Origin: Maridesulfovibrio sp.
Lineage (GTDB): Bacteria > Desulfobacterota > Desulfovibrionia > Desulfovibrionales > Desulfovibrionaceae
Assembly: GCA_963677295.1 (NCBI GenBank)
Contig: OY781931.1
Direction: 5' to 3' (one strand)
Length of the DNA stretch: 64,000 nucleotides
How positions within the stretch are numbered: the stretch's first letter is position 1; each line of letters opens with the position of its first letter. A program made the position numbers and the translations under genes. Of the stretch, positions 29,507 to 39,618 are shown one piece after another. Under the pieces are notes generated by a model that made no database searches, was not told where the DNA came from, and worked only from the letters and a program-made list of their open reading frames with translations.

Positions 29507-30790
29507 CTACACCAAAACAAAAAAGTACGCCACTCCCGAACATAACAGGACAAGACTTGGAGCAGCTATCCTTTTCCACGCTGAATAGAAATCTACATTA
29601 AAATATTCACAGGTCAAAAGAAAACATATGTGAAGAGGTGATGCCATTATACCTGCAAAACCGGAAAACATACACAGCATAGCCCATGCAGGAAGCTGCG
29701 CCGTCAGGCCCATTGAATGAACAAGACCCACAACCAGAGGCATTGCGGCCCCTACAAACGCCATAGTAATGCCTGCAATAAAACCGACTACAAACGGAAC
29801 TAATACAGCAGCGGCAATTAAAGCTGTTTCACCTCCGGCAAGACGGGAAAGTTCTGCAATAAGGCCGCAAGAACCGAGAACGTCTTTAAATATAAAAACA
29901 CAAAATATCATAAAAATCATGCTCATAAATCTTTTCTGCACCAGCAAAGAGCGAATAATTGCTATTGACCCCGTATTGGCAAATGCCGCGCAAAGTACAG
30001 CCAGAAACAAGGCTGTAATGATCGCAGCTTCAAATGGGATATTTGAAGAAATAAAAGAAAAAAGAGCTTCAAACACCAAGGAACCGACAATCGCGACAAG
30101 CAGTGGCAAGCTTTCTTTTACTGCCTTTAAAGCGTTGCCTGATTTAACCTCAACATTATCGTGAACACCATTTTTAAGCGGTAAAACTGAAGACCGCAGA
30201 AAAAAGAAGTACCCAAGTAAAAAGACAACAATAGGACCGGGGAATGTATAGCTGATAAATTTAAACACGGACATGCCGCTGAGAGCTGCCCCGAGAATCA
30301 TTCCCGGGTACAGCGGCCATGCAAGTTCCCACAAATGCCTGAACCAGTAATTGATTACTACTTTATTACTATCGCTGACATTGAGACCTTCAGCAGCTTC
30401 GCGGATCATGGGGGCAGAGAAAATCGCCCCGCCCGGCATAGGAAGCAGCCCTATCAAGGCCGGGAAAAAAACAAGACGCAGCCTTGGACTCCGAAGATAC
30501 CCGGTAAGAGATTCCATTATTCGCGAGGCTTGCCCTGTACATTCAAGAAGTCCGCTGAGAAACATGATCAAGGCGACAATTAATACCAGATAAATAGTTT
30601 CGCTATCTGTAATTGCAGACGTAGTAGTCTCAAGCAGCAAGTCCATCTTCATACCTGTTATCAGTGCCAGAACAAGTCCGCCCACCAAAACTGATAATCC
30701 TACCCCTAATTTAAATCTGATGCCTATCAGCATGCAGATAAAAACAAACATAATTTTAAATAAGGGGAGCATATTAAAAAGAAAGTCCAT
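29507..30790 (-). CDS. polytopic inner-membrane protein, putative transporter (DUF401-like)
   Basis: 427 aa with about 12 hydrophobic segments. The family assignment is from memory and is weak. Confidence 0.4.
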   Translation of the reverse strand: MDFLFNMLPLFKIMFVFICMLIGIRFKLGVGLSVLVGGLVLALITGMKMDLLLETTTSAITDSETIYLVLIVALIMFLSGLLECTGQASRIMESLTGYLRSPRLRLVFFPALIGLLPMPGGAIFSAPMIREAAEGLNVSDSNKVVINYWFRHLWELAWPLYPGMILGAALSGMSVFKFISYTFPGPIVVFLLGYFFFLRSSVLPLKNGVHDNVEVKSGNALKAVKESLPLLVAIVGSLVFEALFSFISSNIPFEAAIITALFLAVLCAAFANTGSIAIIRSLLVQKRFMSMIFMIFCVFIFKDVLGSCGLIAELSRLAGGETALIAAAVLVPFVVGFIAGITMAFVGAAMPLVVGLVHSMGLTAQLPAWAMLCMFSGFAGIMASPLHICFLLTCEYFNVDFYSAWKRIAAPSLVLLCSGVAYFFVLV

Positions 30791-31065
30791 AAAGATTCTC
30801 CAATAAAAATAGTATCACAATAACATCTATAATCTAAGATAATACAGCGGACTGCTACAGGCTTACTGACAAGCAACTTACGCATCTATTCGTGCTGAAA
30901 AAATCAGATACGTAATGTTTATAAAAGTCAATAAACTACTTAACTCAATCTCACTTTTTCACTCATTTTCAAGTGCAGTTGCTTGCAAAGAATCTTTCTA
31001 GTAATCAATCCGCAGGACAAATGAAGAGAAATAATTCTAATTTTGCAGCATGAGGTATCAGGGAA

Positions 31066-31524
31066 ATGGAAGAAACAAAAATCAGAGAATATATTCACGC
31101 GGTCATAATGAAAAAATGTACTCACGATGAATCTGCACGGCAGAACGCCATCGGAGAGTATATAGCTATGACCATGCCAAATATTGATGAAAGATCTGTT
31201 AATAACATAAAATTGATGATCCCGACCATTGCCGAGCTATATGATAAATGGGCCTTAATGTTCATCGACAGACTGCTCGAAACCGTTCCCAGAAATCAAA
31301 TCGAAGAACTTTGCAGTGGCACACCTGAAAATGATTCCGCACTTGTTCTGGTATACATTATGTTCATGGAATCAGAGCGGATGGAAAAACAGATCGCAGA
31401 AGATATTTCAGCCTACGCTCCTACCCAGAATGACGAACAGGGAAACATTGCCAGCGAATATATTCGCGCAAAACTTTCACAGATTGCAGATGATCAGGAG
31501 AAAAAAGGAACTCCAATTCAATAA
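31066..31524 (+). CDS. hypothetical protein (acidic, helical)
   Basis: 152-aa ORF followed by a terminator. No recognisable motif. Confidence 0.4.
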   Translation: MEETKIREYIHAVIMKKCTHDESARQNAIGEYIAMTMPNIDERSVNNIKLMIPTIAELYDKWALMFIDRLLETVPRNQIEELCSGTPENDSALVLVYIMFMESERMEKQIAEDISAYAPTQNDEQGNIASEYIRAKLSQIADDQEKKGTPIQ

Positions 31525-31566
31525 TCGAATCACAAAATATTTCTGACGATCTTAATAGTTATGCAT

Positions 31567-31610
31567 TAAAAAATAGCAGCCTGTAAGTTTTTCACGGGCT
31601 GCTATTTTTA
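31567..31610. terminator. bidirectional terminator
   Basis: aaaaaATAGCAGCC...GGCTGCTATtttt, 9-bp stem. Confidence 0.65.
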
Positions 31611-31637
31611 TATTTTAAAAATAAATCTGAATTGCAT

Positions 31638-31961
31638 CTAAATAAAATACCGAACAGCTGCGACCATCCCCATTCCGAAAGCAACTGTTCCGAAAAAGTT
31701 ACGCGTAAACATGGCCACTGCGAAAGTCGGGACCGCTACCCAGAAATAAATATTATCAAAGCCCAAGTTTATCACGCCTTCGGGAGCTAAGAGCGAAGGA
31801 ACCAGCAATGCGGACAGTACGGCAGTCGGTACATACCCCAGCCAGCGCACAACTACAGGCGGAAGATCCCTCGAGCTTAAAGTCAGTACAGGAAGAAGCC
31901 GCGGCCCGTAAGTAACCACCATCATTCCTACTATTATAAGAAAAATTAATTTTTGGTCCAT
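31638..31961 (-). CDS. azlD: branched-chain amino acid exporter small subunit AzlD
   Basis: Start moved to ATG 31961 (MDQKLIFLIIVGMMVVTYGPRLLP...), overlapping the azlC stop by 16 nt. It is 107 aa with about 4 TM segments. Confidence 0.7.
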   Translation of the reverse strand: MDQKLIFLIIVGMMVVTYGPRLLPVLTLSSRDLPPVVVRWLGYVPTAVLSALLVPSLLAPEGVINLGFDNIYFWVAVPTFAVAMFTRNFFGTVAFGMGMVAAVRYFI

Positions 31962-32656
31962 GACAATACCACTCCGAGACTTGCGCCGATAAGTGTTGCG
32001 ATTATAACATTCCACTGTCCGGCTCCGCCAAGAGCAAGTGCAGTGGAAAGGAGTCCGGTTACTACGCCGACTATGATATGACTTTTATCTTTTATCTGAA
32101 ATATGAGCAGAGCAATAAACATTGCCGGAAGCGCGTAATCAAGGCCCATTGGTTTAATATCAGTAATAAGTGAGCTTGAAATAACACCGAGTACCGTCCC
32201 GCAGACCCATGCCAACTGGGCAATACAATTGATTAAATAAGTTTCACTTTTACAGTTATCACCATTGCTGAATCGGGTTGAATGCACTGCAAAAGTTTCA
32301 TCGGTAAGTTGAAAACTGAAAGCTGCAAGCTCCAGCTTGCCCCACTTGCGCAAATGCGGGGACAAAGCCGCAGACATGAGCAAGTGGCGCAGATTAACAA
32401 TAAAGGTAGTTATAATTACCGACACCGCCGAGGCTCCGGAAGCAAGAAGCCCAACCGCGATGAACTGCGCCGACCCTGCAAAAACAAGCAGAGACATTAA
32501 TATAGTGTTATCAATAGAGATTCCGGTCTTGCGAGCTAAAACTCCATACGCAAACCCGACAGGCAAAAAACCAAGCACAATCGGCAAAGCCTGCTTCATT
32601 GCCGACATCAGTACACCATTAAATCTGATTTTTTTGGAACTCATTGTGGATTCCAC
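31946..32656 (-). CDS. azlC: branched-chain amino acid exporter AzlC
   Basis: AzlC-like sequence (ALPIVLGFLPVGFAYGVLA...FAGSAQF). The probable start is GTG 32656 (GGAGG 5 nt upstream); ATG 32674 or 32644 are alternatives. Confidence 0.7.
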   Translation of the reverse strand: MESTMSSKKIRFNGVLMSAMKQALPIVLGFLPVGFAYGVLARKTGISIDNTILMSLLVFAGSAQFIAVGLLASGASAVSVIITTFIVNLRHLLMSAALSPHLRKWGKLELAAFSFQLTDETFAVHSTRFSNGDNCKSETYLINCIAQLAWVCGTVLGVISSSLITDIKPMGLDYALPAMFIALLIFQIKDKSHIIVGVVTGLLSTALALGGAGQWNVIIATLIGASLGVVLSWTKN

Positions 32657-32805
32657 ACTTACCTCCTGCAACATAAATACTCAACAAATCCATTCTTAAA
32701 TTTTAACTTGAAGCTGAAGATAAAAGAACATACAATCTGCAATCAGTACAGATACAGTCTATACAAATCTGAACCATAACAGATTTAACAATACAGGATT
32801 TAATT

Positions 32806-34236
32806 ATGAATATTCAGCGTGATGATGAAGAATACAGATACAAAAAAGTTGAACAGGAAATATCAAAGCACATCCACGCTGGAGATTTGACACAAGGTGA
32901 CAAACTCCCCTCACTGCGACAAATGAGTTCAAATTTAAAAGTATCCATATCAACCATCAGTCACGCATACGAAGAGCTGGAAAAACGGGGATTAATTGAA
33001 TCACGCCCCAGATCAGGATATTTTGTACGCAGTGAATTCCGCAAGATTCCAACTCCCATAGTAAAACCGGCCCAAATACTTGAACCGCATACTGTGACCA
33101 AAAATAAATTGATACAGACAGCTCTTGAAACTGTGGGAAATAAAAAGTTACTGCAGCTCGGAGTTGTCTGTCCCGGCAGTGAACTATTGCCGACAAAACA
33201 GCTGACTAAGATAATGGCAGAGGTTATCAGAGAAAACCCTACCCTTTCCGTAGAATACGAATCTATTGCCGGGAATTTACAATTACGCAGACAAATAGCC
33301 TTCCGCTCAGTTGACTGTGGTTCCAATGTTACTGCGGAGGAACTGATGATTACTATCGGGGCAATGGAAGCTCTGTATATTTCTCTGCGCGCCTTAACCC
33401 GCGCCGGAGATTTGGTGCTGATTCAATCACCGACTTACTACTGCTTCCTGCAATTGGTGGAAAGCCTTGGACTGCGGGCTCTAGAGATACCGTCCTGCCC
33501 TAGAAACGGAATCAATACTGAAGAACTGGCCGCTGCGGTAAAAAAATTCGATATTAAAGCATGCATTCTCTCCCCAAACTTTAATAATCCTGATGGCGGT
33601 CTTACACCGGATGATGCAAAAAAAGAAATAGTTAACCTGCTAGCAAAAAAAGACATTCCACTTGTTGAAGACGATGTTTATGGAGATGTATACTTCGGAG
33701 ACACAAGGCCGAGGACATTCAAATCATTTGACCGCAAAGGCGGAGTTCTGCTCTGCTCTTCTTTTTCAAAAACGATCTCACCGGGATATCGCATAGGGTG
33801 GCTTGCTCCGGGACGTTATCTCGATAAGGCTATGGAAATAAAAGCCACCACGAATGTGGCATGCGCATCCCCTACTCAGATGGCCACAGCCAGATACCTG
33901 AAGGATGCGCACTTTGATCGCCATCTCAAAAAATTGCGATTAGCTATGAAGGAACAAATGACTAAGATGCGAACTGAAATAGCTCTGTCATTCCCTAAAG
34001 GAACAAAAGTTACCGACCCGAAAGGCGGCTCTGTTCTTTGGGTGGAACTCCCTGCCGGAACAGACGGCGTAAAACTTTTCTTTAAAGCCAAAGAGGAAGG
34101 AATAGGAATCGTTCCGGGATCTATTTTTTCAACACGTGATGCATTTTCTAATTACATAAGGATTAGCAGCGGGTCACCGTGGAACGATGCTATTCAAAAC
34201 GGTATTAAACGGCTCGGCGAACTTGCTTTAATGTAA
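32806..34236 (+). CDS. MocR/PdxR-type regulator (GntR wHTH fused to an aminotransferase-like domain)
   Basis: 476 aa. N-terminal GntR HTH (LPSLRQMSSNLKVSISTISHAYEELEKRGLIESRPRSGYFV) and a fold-type I aminotransferase region with the SFSKT lysine motif. Divergent from azlCD. Confidence 0.8.
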   Translation: MNIQRDDEEYRYKKVEQEISKHIHAGDLTQGDKLPSLRQMSSNLKVSISTISHAYEELEKRGLIESRPRSGYFVRSEFRKIPTPIVKPAQILEPHTVTKNKLIQTALETVGNKKLLQLGVVCPGSELLPTKQLTKIMAEVIRENPTLSVEYESIAGNLQLRRQIAFRSVDCGSNVTAEELMITIGAMEALYISLRALTRAGDLVLIQSPTYYCFLQLVESLGLRALEIPSCPRNGINTEELAAAVKKFDIKACILSPNFNNPDGGLTPDDAKKEIVNLLAKKDIPLVEDDVYGDVYFGDTRPRTFKSFDRKGGVLLCSSFSKTISPGYRIGWLAPGRYLDKAMEIKATTNVACASPTQMATARYLKDAHFDRHLKKLRLAMKEQMTKMRTEIALSFPKGTKVTDPKGGSVLWVELPAGTDGVKLFFKAKEEGIGIVPGSIFSTRDAFSNYIRISSGSPWNDAIQNGIKRLGELALM

Positions 34237-34247
34237 AATGTAAGCGG

Positions 34248-34787
34248 CTATCCGGCACTTTCGTTTAAAACCTTTTCAACCATGTCTGCGGCCTCAGCAA
34301 GTGAAAATTCAGGGTCACTTTCTATCAGGGCCATCTGTAAGTTGATTTCACGCTGCACATCTATCTTTTTAGGATCAAAATATCCTTTCCATGCGGATAA
34401 AGCTTTTTCAACGTTCCCGATACGACAGAAAATCAATCCTAAATATAATGAAGCAAAGTTATCTTCGCCAAGAATTTTAATGGTCCGTTCAAGTTCAACC
34501 TTTGCCTGAACAAGTTTTCCGCACATATATAAACTATGGCCATACCGCTTTCTGGCATTGGCGTTATGAGGCTCTGACTTTATAAAATCTCTATATTTTT
34601 CTGCAGCTTCTGCGTACCTTTTATTCTCATAGGCAACATTCGCAGCAGCAAGAACATCAAGGTCCACTTCAGTCGCAGCTATAGGTTTTGCGGCGCTGTG
34701 TACCTGTTCTTTGTCCTCTTTTCGTCTGAATCCTCCGAAAAGAAAACCTCTTCTGGATAATTTCTGGGGCTTTTTACTACCGGACAT
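34248..34787 (-). CDS. TPR-repeat protein with a twin-arginine-like N-terminus
   Basis: 179 aa. SRRGFLFGGF near the N-terminus, then TPR-like repeats (AYENKRYAEAAEKYRDFIKSEPHNANA...). Confidence 0.5.
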   Translation of the reverse strand: MSGSKKPQKLSRRGFLFGGFRRKEDKEQVHSAAKPIAATEVDLDVLAAANVAYENKRYAEAAEKYRDFIKSEPHNANARKRYGHSLYMCGKLVQAKVELERTIKILGEDNFASLYLGLIFCRIGNVEKALSAWKGYFDPKKIDVQREINLQMALIESDPEFSLAEAADMVEKVLNESAG

Positions 34788-34928
34788 CTAACTACCTCCA
34801 AATTTGAAACAAATCGGAGTGTAGCGACAAATCAACCCGGGGCCAAGTCTAATATAGCTGCCAACAGTGGACTTATTTTAAGCACCGATGTAAATTGAGA
34901 TAAACACAATCTACACAAAGGATTAGTT

Positions 34929-35513
34929 ATGAAAAAACTACTACTGATTCTGCTGGCGTCAATGATTCTTGTCTCTTGCGCAGCAGCTCCGAGATATGAC
35001 ACACCGTTTGATACGGATGGCAAAACATATAAGGTTGCAGTACTGCCATGGCGTGCATCCACCATGGATTTTACATTAAAATACCGCTGGACAATGACGC
35101 AGGCTTTAAAGGATGCTTGCAAACAATCCGGTGCCTTTGTTTACGCATGGTCAGCCTATCCTGTTAACGGAGGCAACATCCCTGTTCTTGAAAATATTGA
35201 CGGACAAGAACTATGGGTAAAAGGAAAATACAATAAGTATACACCCGATGTGGATGCAGTTTTGAAAGCCCTGTCAGGTACAGATGCGGACCTTGCACTG
35301 CTCTATGATATCAGCGCAGACAACGGAACAACTGACAATGAAGGCTCTATGTATGCCAGAGCGGATTATATCAGAGTTTTTTTAATAGACATGAAAACAA
35401 AACAGGTGACAGTTCAATTCATCAAGACAGATTTTCAGCGCGGAATGGCTTTTGCCGATGCGAAAAAAATAGACCTGCTTGCATTCAGCAGTTGGTTATC
35501 TGAAAAGAAATAG
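34929..35513 (+). CDS. lipoprotein, function unknown
   Basis: 194 aa with a signal peptide and lipobox (LLASMILVSC). Confidence 0.5.
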   Translation: MKKLLLILLASMILVSCAAAPRYDTPFDTDGKTYKVAVLPWRASTMDFTLKYRWTMTQALKDACKQSGAFVYAWSAYPVNGGNIPVLENIDGQELWVKGKYNKYTPDVDAVLKALSGTDADLALLYDISADNGTTDNEGSMYARADYIRVFLIDMKTKQVTVQFIKTDFQRGMAFADAKKIDLLAFSSWLSEKK

Positions 35514-35533
35514 ACAGAAAAAGGAGTTCCCAA

Positions 35534-36022
35534 GTGTTAAGAAAAATCAATTTGAAATTATTACCTCTTTTATGCCTATGCGTTCTCACAGCCACAGCGG
35601 CATGTGCGGCAGATATGAACATCAAAGGATGGGAGAAAGGCGGTAAATATGACAAACTTTACGACAATACCGACCGTGATGTTTTCAAAGGAACACTGGT
35701 TAAAATAGTTGATATTACTCCATTTGAAGGAATGGCTGAAGGCGTAGGTCTTGTGGTCAAAGACAAAGAAGACGGAGAAGAAGTTCTTGTCCACCTTGGG
35801 CCGAAAGACTTTGTTGAACCTAGAATAAAAGATCTGAGACCGGGATTAACCGTTAAAGTTTACGGAGTCTTAGTTGAGATAGACGGCAAGTATGAATATA
35901 TGGCCGCAAAGGTCAAAGCCGGAGAAGAACGCAAATACAAATTCAGGCTGACAAAGGACGGAGTTCCTTTCTGGTCGCTTACACAGGCTGAACTGGAAAA
36001 AGAAGAAGCTGACATTGAATAA
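35534..36022 (+). CDS. secreted protein, function unknown
   Basis: 162 aa. GTG start with AAGGAG RBS 7 nt upstream, and a signal peptide (LLPLLCLCVLTATAACA). Confidence 0.5.
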   Translation: MLRKINLKLLPLLCLCVLTATAACAADMNIKGWEKGGKYDKLYDNTDRDVFKGTLVKIVDITPFEGMAEGVGLVVKDKEDGEEVLVHLGPKDFVEPRIKDLRPGLTVKVYGVLVEIDGKYEYMAAKVKAGEERKYKFRLTKDGVPFWSLTQAELEKEEADIE

Positions 36023-36024
36023 TT

Positions 36025-36067
36025 AAAAAAAAATCCTCTGTGCGTGGGCACAGAGGATTTCTTTTTC
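36025..36067. terminator. bidirectional terminator
   Basis: aaaaaaAAATCCTCTGTGC-gtgg-GCACAGAGGATTTcttttt, 13-bp stem. Confidence 0.8.
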
Positions 36068-36113
36068 GTTGAAAAATCTACGAATCAATCCCGTTAATAA
36101 CAAATATTTACCG

Positions 36114-36770
36114 TTAGCCATTTGCTACAGCAGAAGCCAGTTTAACCCCCATCTCGTATGCTTTCTTACAATCCAGCGGGAAAATTTCTTCACGCCTCTT
36201 TAATTTTGCTTCTGCGTCCCATACAGAGGACTCGTACTTAGAATAATCTTTAAACTGATACGTATCTGAAGAAATAAGTAGATCACAATTACCGAAATTC
36301 CTGCTTACAGTTTCTCGCGTTCTGGCAATTGATTTATCGTAATGATAAGTGGCCATATTTTCTTCAGTAACATTCATGGTGTAGATCAGCCCTGCCTGAA
36401 TTTTCCCCGGAAAAATAGAAACATAACCGGGGGTATAAGTAAGATACGGAAACAGAAGACGTTCTATAAATGACCGATACTCTCCCGTCTCAGCTGAAAA
36501 ATAAATTGGTGTACCCATTATAAGAACATCTGCTTCACTGATCTTTTCCAGTATCGGACTCAGTTCATCCTTAAAAGCACACTTACCATAACTTTTCCCG
36601 CCTATTTTTTTGCACTCAAAACAGCTGATGCACCCCTTATAGCTTAGCCCGTAAAGGTTCACCATTTCTACATCTGCACCCTTTGACTCTGCGCCATTTA
36701 GTGCATGCTCAAGCAAAGTTGCAGTATTTCCTTTCTTCCTAGGGCTTCCGTTAACGGCAATAGCTTTCAT
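36114..36770 (-). CDS. flavodoxin-fold FMN reductase / iron-sulfur flavoprotein-like protein
   Basis: 218 aa with the N-terminus MKAIAVNGSPRKKGNT and a Cys cluster CISCFECKK...C. Confidence 0.6.
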   Translation of the reverse strand: MKAIAVNGSPRKKGNTATLLEHALNGAESKGADVEMVNLYGLSYKGCISCFECKKIGGKSYGKCAFKDELSPILEKISEADVLIMGTPIYFSAETGEYRSFIERLLFPYLTYTPGYVSIFPGKIQAGLIYTMNVTEENMATYHYDKSIARTRETVSRNFGNCDLLISSDTYQFKDYSKYESSVWDAEAKLKRREEIFPLDCKKAYEMGVKLASAVANG

Positions 36771-36814
36771 AATTTGACCTCGCTGGTTTAATTGTGGATC
36801 TGCTCTAAATTTAA

Positions 36815-36856
36815 TTCGATATTTATCGAACTATATTAATTCGAAATTATTCGAAC
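36815..36856. promoter_or_regulatory. two tandem 17-bp palindromic operator-like sites in the divergent promoter region
   Basis: TTCGATATTTATCGAAC (36815-36831) and TTCGAAATTATTCGAAC (36840-36856). Each has TTCGA-N7-TCGAA symmetry, with centres 25 bp apart. They lie between the flavoprotein gene and the ArsR-family gene. Confidence 0.5.
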
Positions 36857-36900
36857 TAAGTTGTCAGGTCAACAAATTTTCTATAAGATAGAAACAAAAA

Positions 36901-37248
36901 ATGAGGATAACCTTTGTGACAAATATTAATCAGCAGAAACAGCCATTACGAGACGATATAAATCTAGCAAAGGTCTTGCAGGCTCTAAGTGACCCAATAC
37001 GACTGGAAATGGTACTGAAACTCGCAAACGAATCTGAAATTCAATGCGGTTGTTTCGACTTAGACCTACCCAAGTCATCACTGTCGCACCACTTTAAGGT
37101 GCTCCGCGAATCAGGGATAGTGACCACTAGGCGTGAAGGGAAAGAATTATTCAACAGCTTACGTATAGAAGATTTGGAAGCACGCTTCCCCGGTGTACTC
37201 AGTTCGGTAATCAACTCCGCGCGAAAGGCTGATATTGGTAAAAAATAA
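36901..37248 (+). CDS. ArsR/SmtB-family transcriptional regulator
   Basis: 115 aa with the ArsR wHTH (LQALSDPIRLEMVLKL...LSHHFKVLRESGIVTTRREGK). Confidence 0.8.
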   Translation: MRITFVTNINQQKQPLRDDINLAKVLQALSDPIRLEMVLKLANESEIQCGCFDLDLPKSSLSHHFKVLRESGIVTTRREGKELFNSLRIEDLEARFPGVLSSVINSARKADIGKK

Positions 37249-37358
37249 AAGAGTCCCACCGACAAACAACATTGACTGAAAACAGTTAACAAGCGAAAGT
37301 GACCGTTCTGACTGATTAAGTATCATTACTAAATAAACACCTAAAAACGGCTGAATAA

Positions 37359-39509
37359 ATGACCACTGATAATATATCCCGCATTGCTTCCGAACTGAAT
37401 CTACCTGTTAAAAATGTACAAGCTGCAATTTCCCTTCTTGAAGAAGGCGCAACTATTCCTTTTATTTCCCGCTACCGTAAAGAAGCTACGGGCAGTATGG
37501 ATGAAGTCGCAGTGGAAGCTGTCAGCGACCTTTTAGGTAAACTTAATGAGCTTGATAAGAGGCGTGAAACCGTCCTTAATTCAATTGAGGAACAGGGAAA
37601 ACTTACAGACGCACTGCGCAGTAAAATCAATGAAGCTCAAAATATGCGGCAGCTCGAAGATTTATATCTGCCCTACAAACCTAAACGTAAGACTAAAGGA
37701 CAAGCCGCAATTGAAAAAGGACTTGAACCCCTTGCTGTAAAAATTTTCGCCCAGAAATGTGATCCGGAGAAAGAAGCTGAAAGCTATATATCTGCAGATA
37801 AAGGGGTTGAAACTATAGAAGACGCATTAGCCGGAGCGCGTGATATCATAGCAGAAAAAATATCTGAAAATCAGGCTCTGCGTCAGGCAGTGCGCTCACT
37901 TTTTGAAAGCAAAGCTGTACTTGAATCACACGCGACGAAAACAGCCCTGTCCCCTGAATTCGAAGATAAAGCGTCCAAATTTAGGGACTGGTTCAACTGG
38001 CGTGAACCTGCGCGAAAAGCTGCTGGTCATAGGATTCTTGCAATGCTTCGCGGTGAAAGAGATAAATTTCTGAAAGTATCCTTCCGTCCGCCAGAAGAAG
38101 AAGGACTTGATACCTTAAGCCGCAATATTGTTAAGTCCACTTCTGCGGCATCTAAACAGGTAGAAAAAGCATCCGCAGACAGCTATAAGCGCCTTCTTGC
38201 CCCGCAAATGGAAACAGAGCTTCGCTCTAATCTTCTTGAAAAAGCTGAAACAGAAGCCATCAAAGTTTTTGCATCTAATCTTAGAGAAATATTAATCGCT
38301 CCACCGCTCGGCAGTAAAAATATTCTTGCTCTAGACCCTGGATTCAGAACAGGTGCAAAACTTGTCTGTCTGGACGCACAGGGCGGATTAAAGCACAACG
38401 ATACCATCTATCCGGTTACTTCTGACGGCAAGAAAAAAGAAGCGGCAGAAAAAATTTTAGATCTTGTTAATAAATACTCCATTGAGGCAATTGCCATCGG
38501 TAACGGAACCGCAGGACGCGAGACAGAACAGTTCATCAAAGGGCTGGATCTGCCAGAGTCTTTACCTATCATAATGGTCAACGAATCCGGTGCATCCGTA
38601 TATTCGGCTTCACCGATCGCCAGAGAAGAATTCCCGGATTATGACATCACCGTTCGCGGCGCAGTCTCAATCGGGCGCAGACTTATGGACCCGCTGGCTG
38701 AGCTTGTGAAAATAGATCCAAAATCAATCGGAGTCGGACAATATCAGCATGATGTTGATCAGAAAAAACTGGCTGAAAGCCTTACCAGAGTTGTCGAGTC
38801 CTGCGTAAACATGGTGGGTGTTGAGCTTAACACAGCCAGCGCAAAACTTTTGGAATCAGTTTCCGGACTCAGCTCAACAATTGCTGCGAATATTATTAAG
38901 TGGAGAAATGAAAACGGACCGTTTGCAACACGCAAAGCTCTGATGAAAGTCCCGAGACTCGGACCTAAAGCATATGAACAGTGCGCCGGATTCCTGCGCA
39001 TCCGAAACGCTGAAAATCCGCTTGATGAAACAGCCGTTCATCCGGAACGATATGAGACTGTTGCCCTCATGGCTAAGGATCTTAATGCCAGTGTTTCTGA
39101 TCTTATTAAATCAGCGGAACTCAGAAAACAAATCGAACTGAAAAAATATATTTCAGATGATCTTGGGTTGCCGACCCTTGAAGATATTATGAAAGAACTT
39201 GAAAAACCGGGCCGTGACCCTCGTAAAAAGTTCGAACTTGTTCAGTTTGATGATGACGTAAAAGAGGTTGAAGACCTTAAAGAAGGCATGATGCTGAACG
39301 GAATTATCACTAATGTAACCAACTTTGGGGCATTTGTTGATATTGGAGTGCATCAGGACGGACTGGTACATATCAGCAGATTAACAGATAACTTCGTACG
39401 CAACCCGTCTGATGTCGTCTATCCTGGGCAGGCAGTACTTGTTAAGGTTATGGAAGTGGACCTTGCACGCAAAAGAATTGCCCTTTCCATGAAAGAATCA
39501 GACAGGTAA
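37359..39509 (+). CDS. tex: Tex-like transcription accessory protein with C-terminal S1 domain
   Basis: 716 aa. N-terminus IPFISRYRKE, YqgF-like and HhH regions, and a C-terminal S1 domain (GIITNVTNFGAFVDIGVHQDGLVHIS). Confidence 0.9.
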   Translation: MTTDNISRIASELNLPVKNVQAAISLLEEGATIPFISRYRKEATGSMDEVAVEAVSDLLGKLNELDKRRETVLNSIEEQGKLTDALRSKINEAQNMRQLEDLYLPYKPKRKTKGQAAIEKGLEPLAVKIFAQKCDPEKEAESYISADKGVETIEDALAGARDIIAEKISENQALRQAVRSLFESKAVLESHATKTALSPEFEDKASKFRDWFNWREPARKAAGHRILAMLRGERDKFLKVSFRPPEEEGLDTLSRNIVKSTSAASKQVEKASADSYKRLLAPQMETELRSNLLEKAETEAIKVFASNLREILIAPPLGSKNILALDPGFRTGAKLVCLDAQGGLKHNDTIYPVTSDGKKKEAAEKILDLVNKYSIEAIAIGNGTAGRETEQFIKGLDLPESLPIIMVNESGASVYSASPIAREEFPDYDITVRGAVSIGRRLMDPLAELVKIDPKSIGVGQYQHDVDQKKLAESLTRVVESCVNMVGVELNTASAKLLESVSGLSSTIAANIIKWRNENGPFATRKALMKVPRLGPKAYEQCAGFLRIRNAENPLDETAVHPERYETVALMAKDLNASVSDLIKSAELRKQIELKKYISDDLGLPTLEDIMKELEKPGRDPRKKFELVQFDDDVKEVEDLKEGMMLNGIITNVTNFGAFVDIGVHQDGLVHISRLTDNFVRNPSDVVYPGQAVLVKVMEVDLARKRIALSMKESDR

Positions 39510-39618
39510 ACAAAAATAAATCATAGCTAGACCTGACACATCACGGATGCTATACGATGAATAATAAAAAATTATCACTCGTCGTTAATAACCTGCCAGT
39601 GCCATCAGGAGGCTATGT

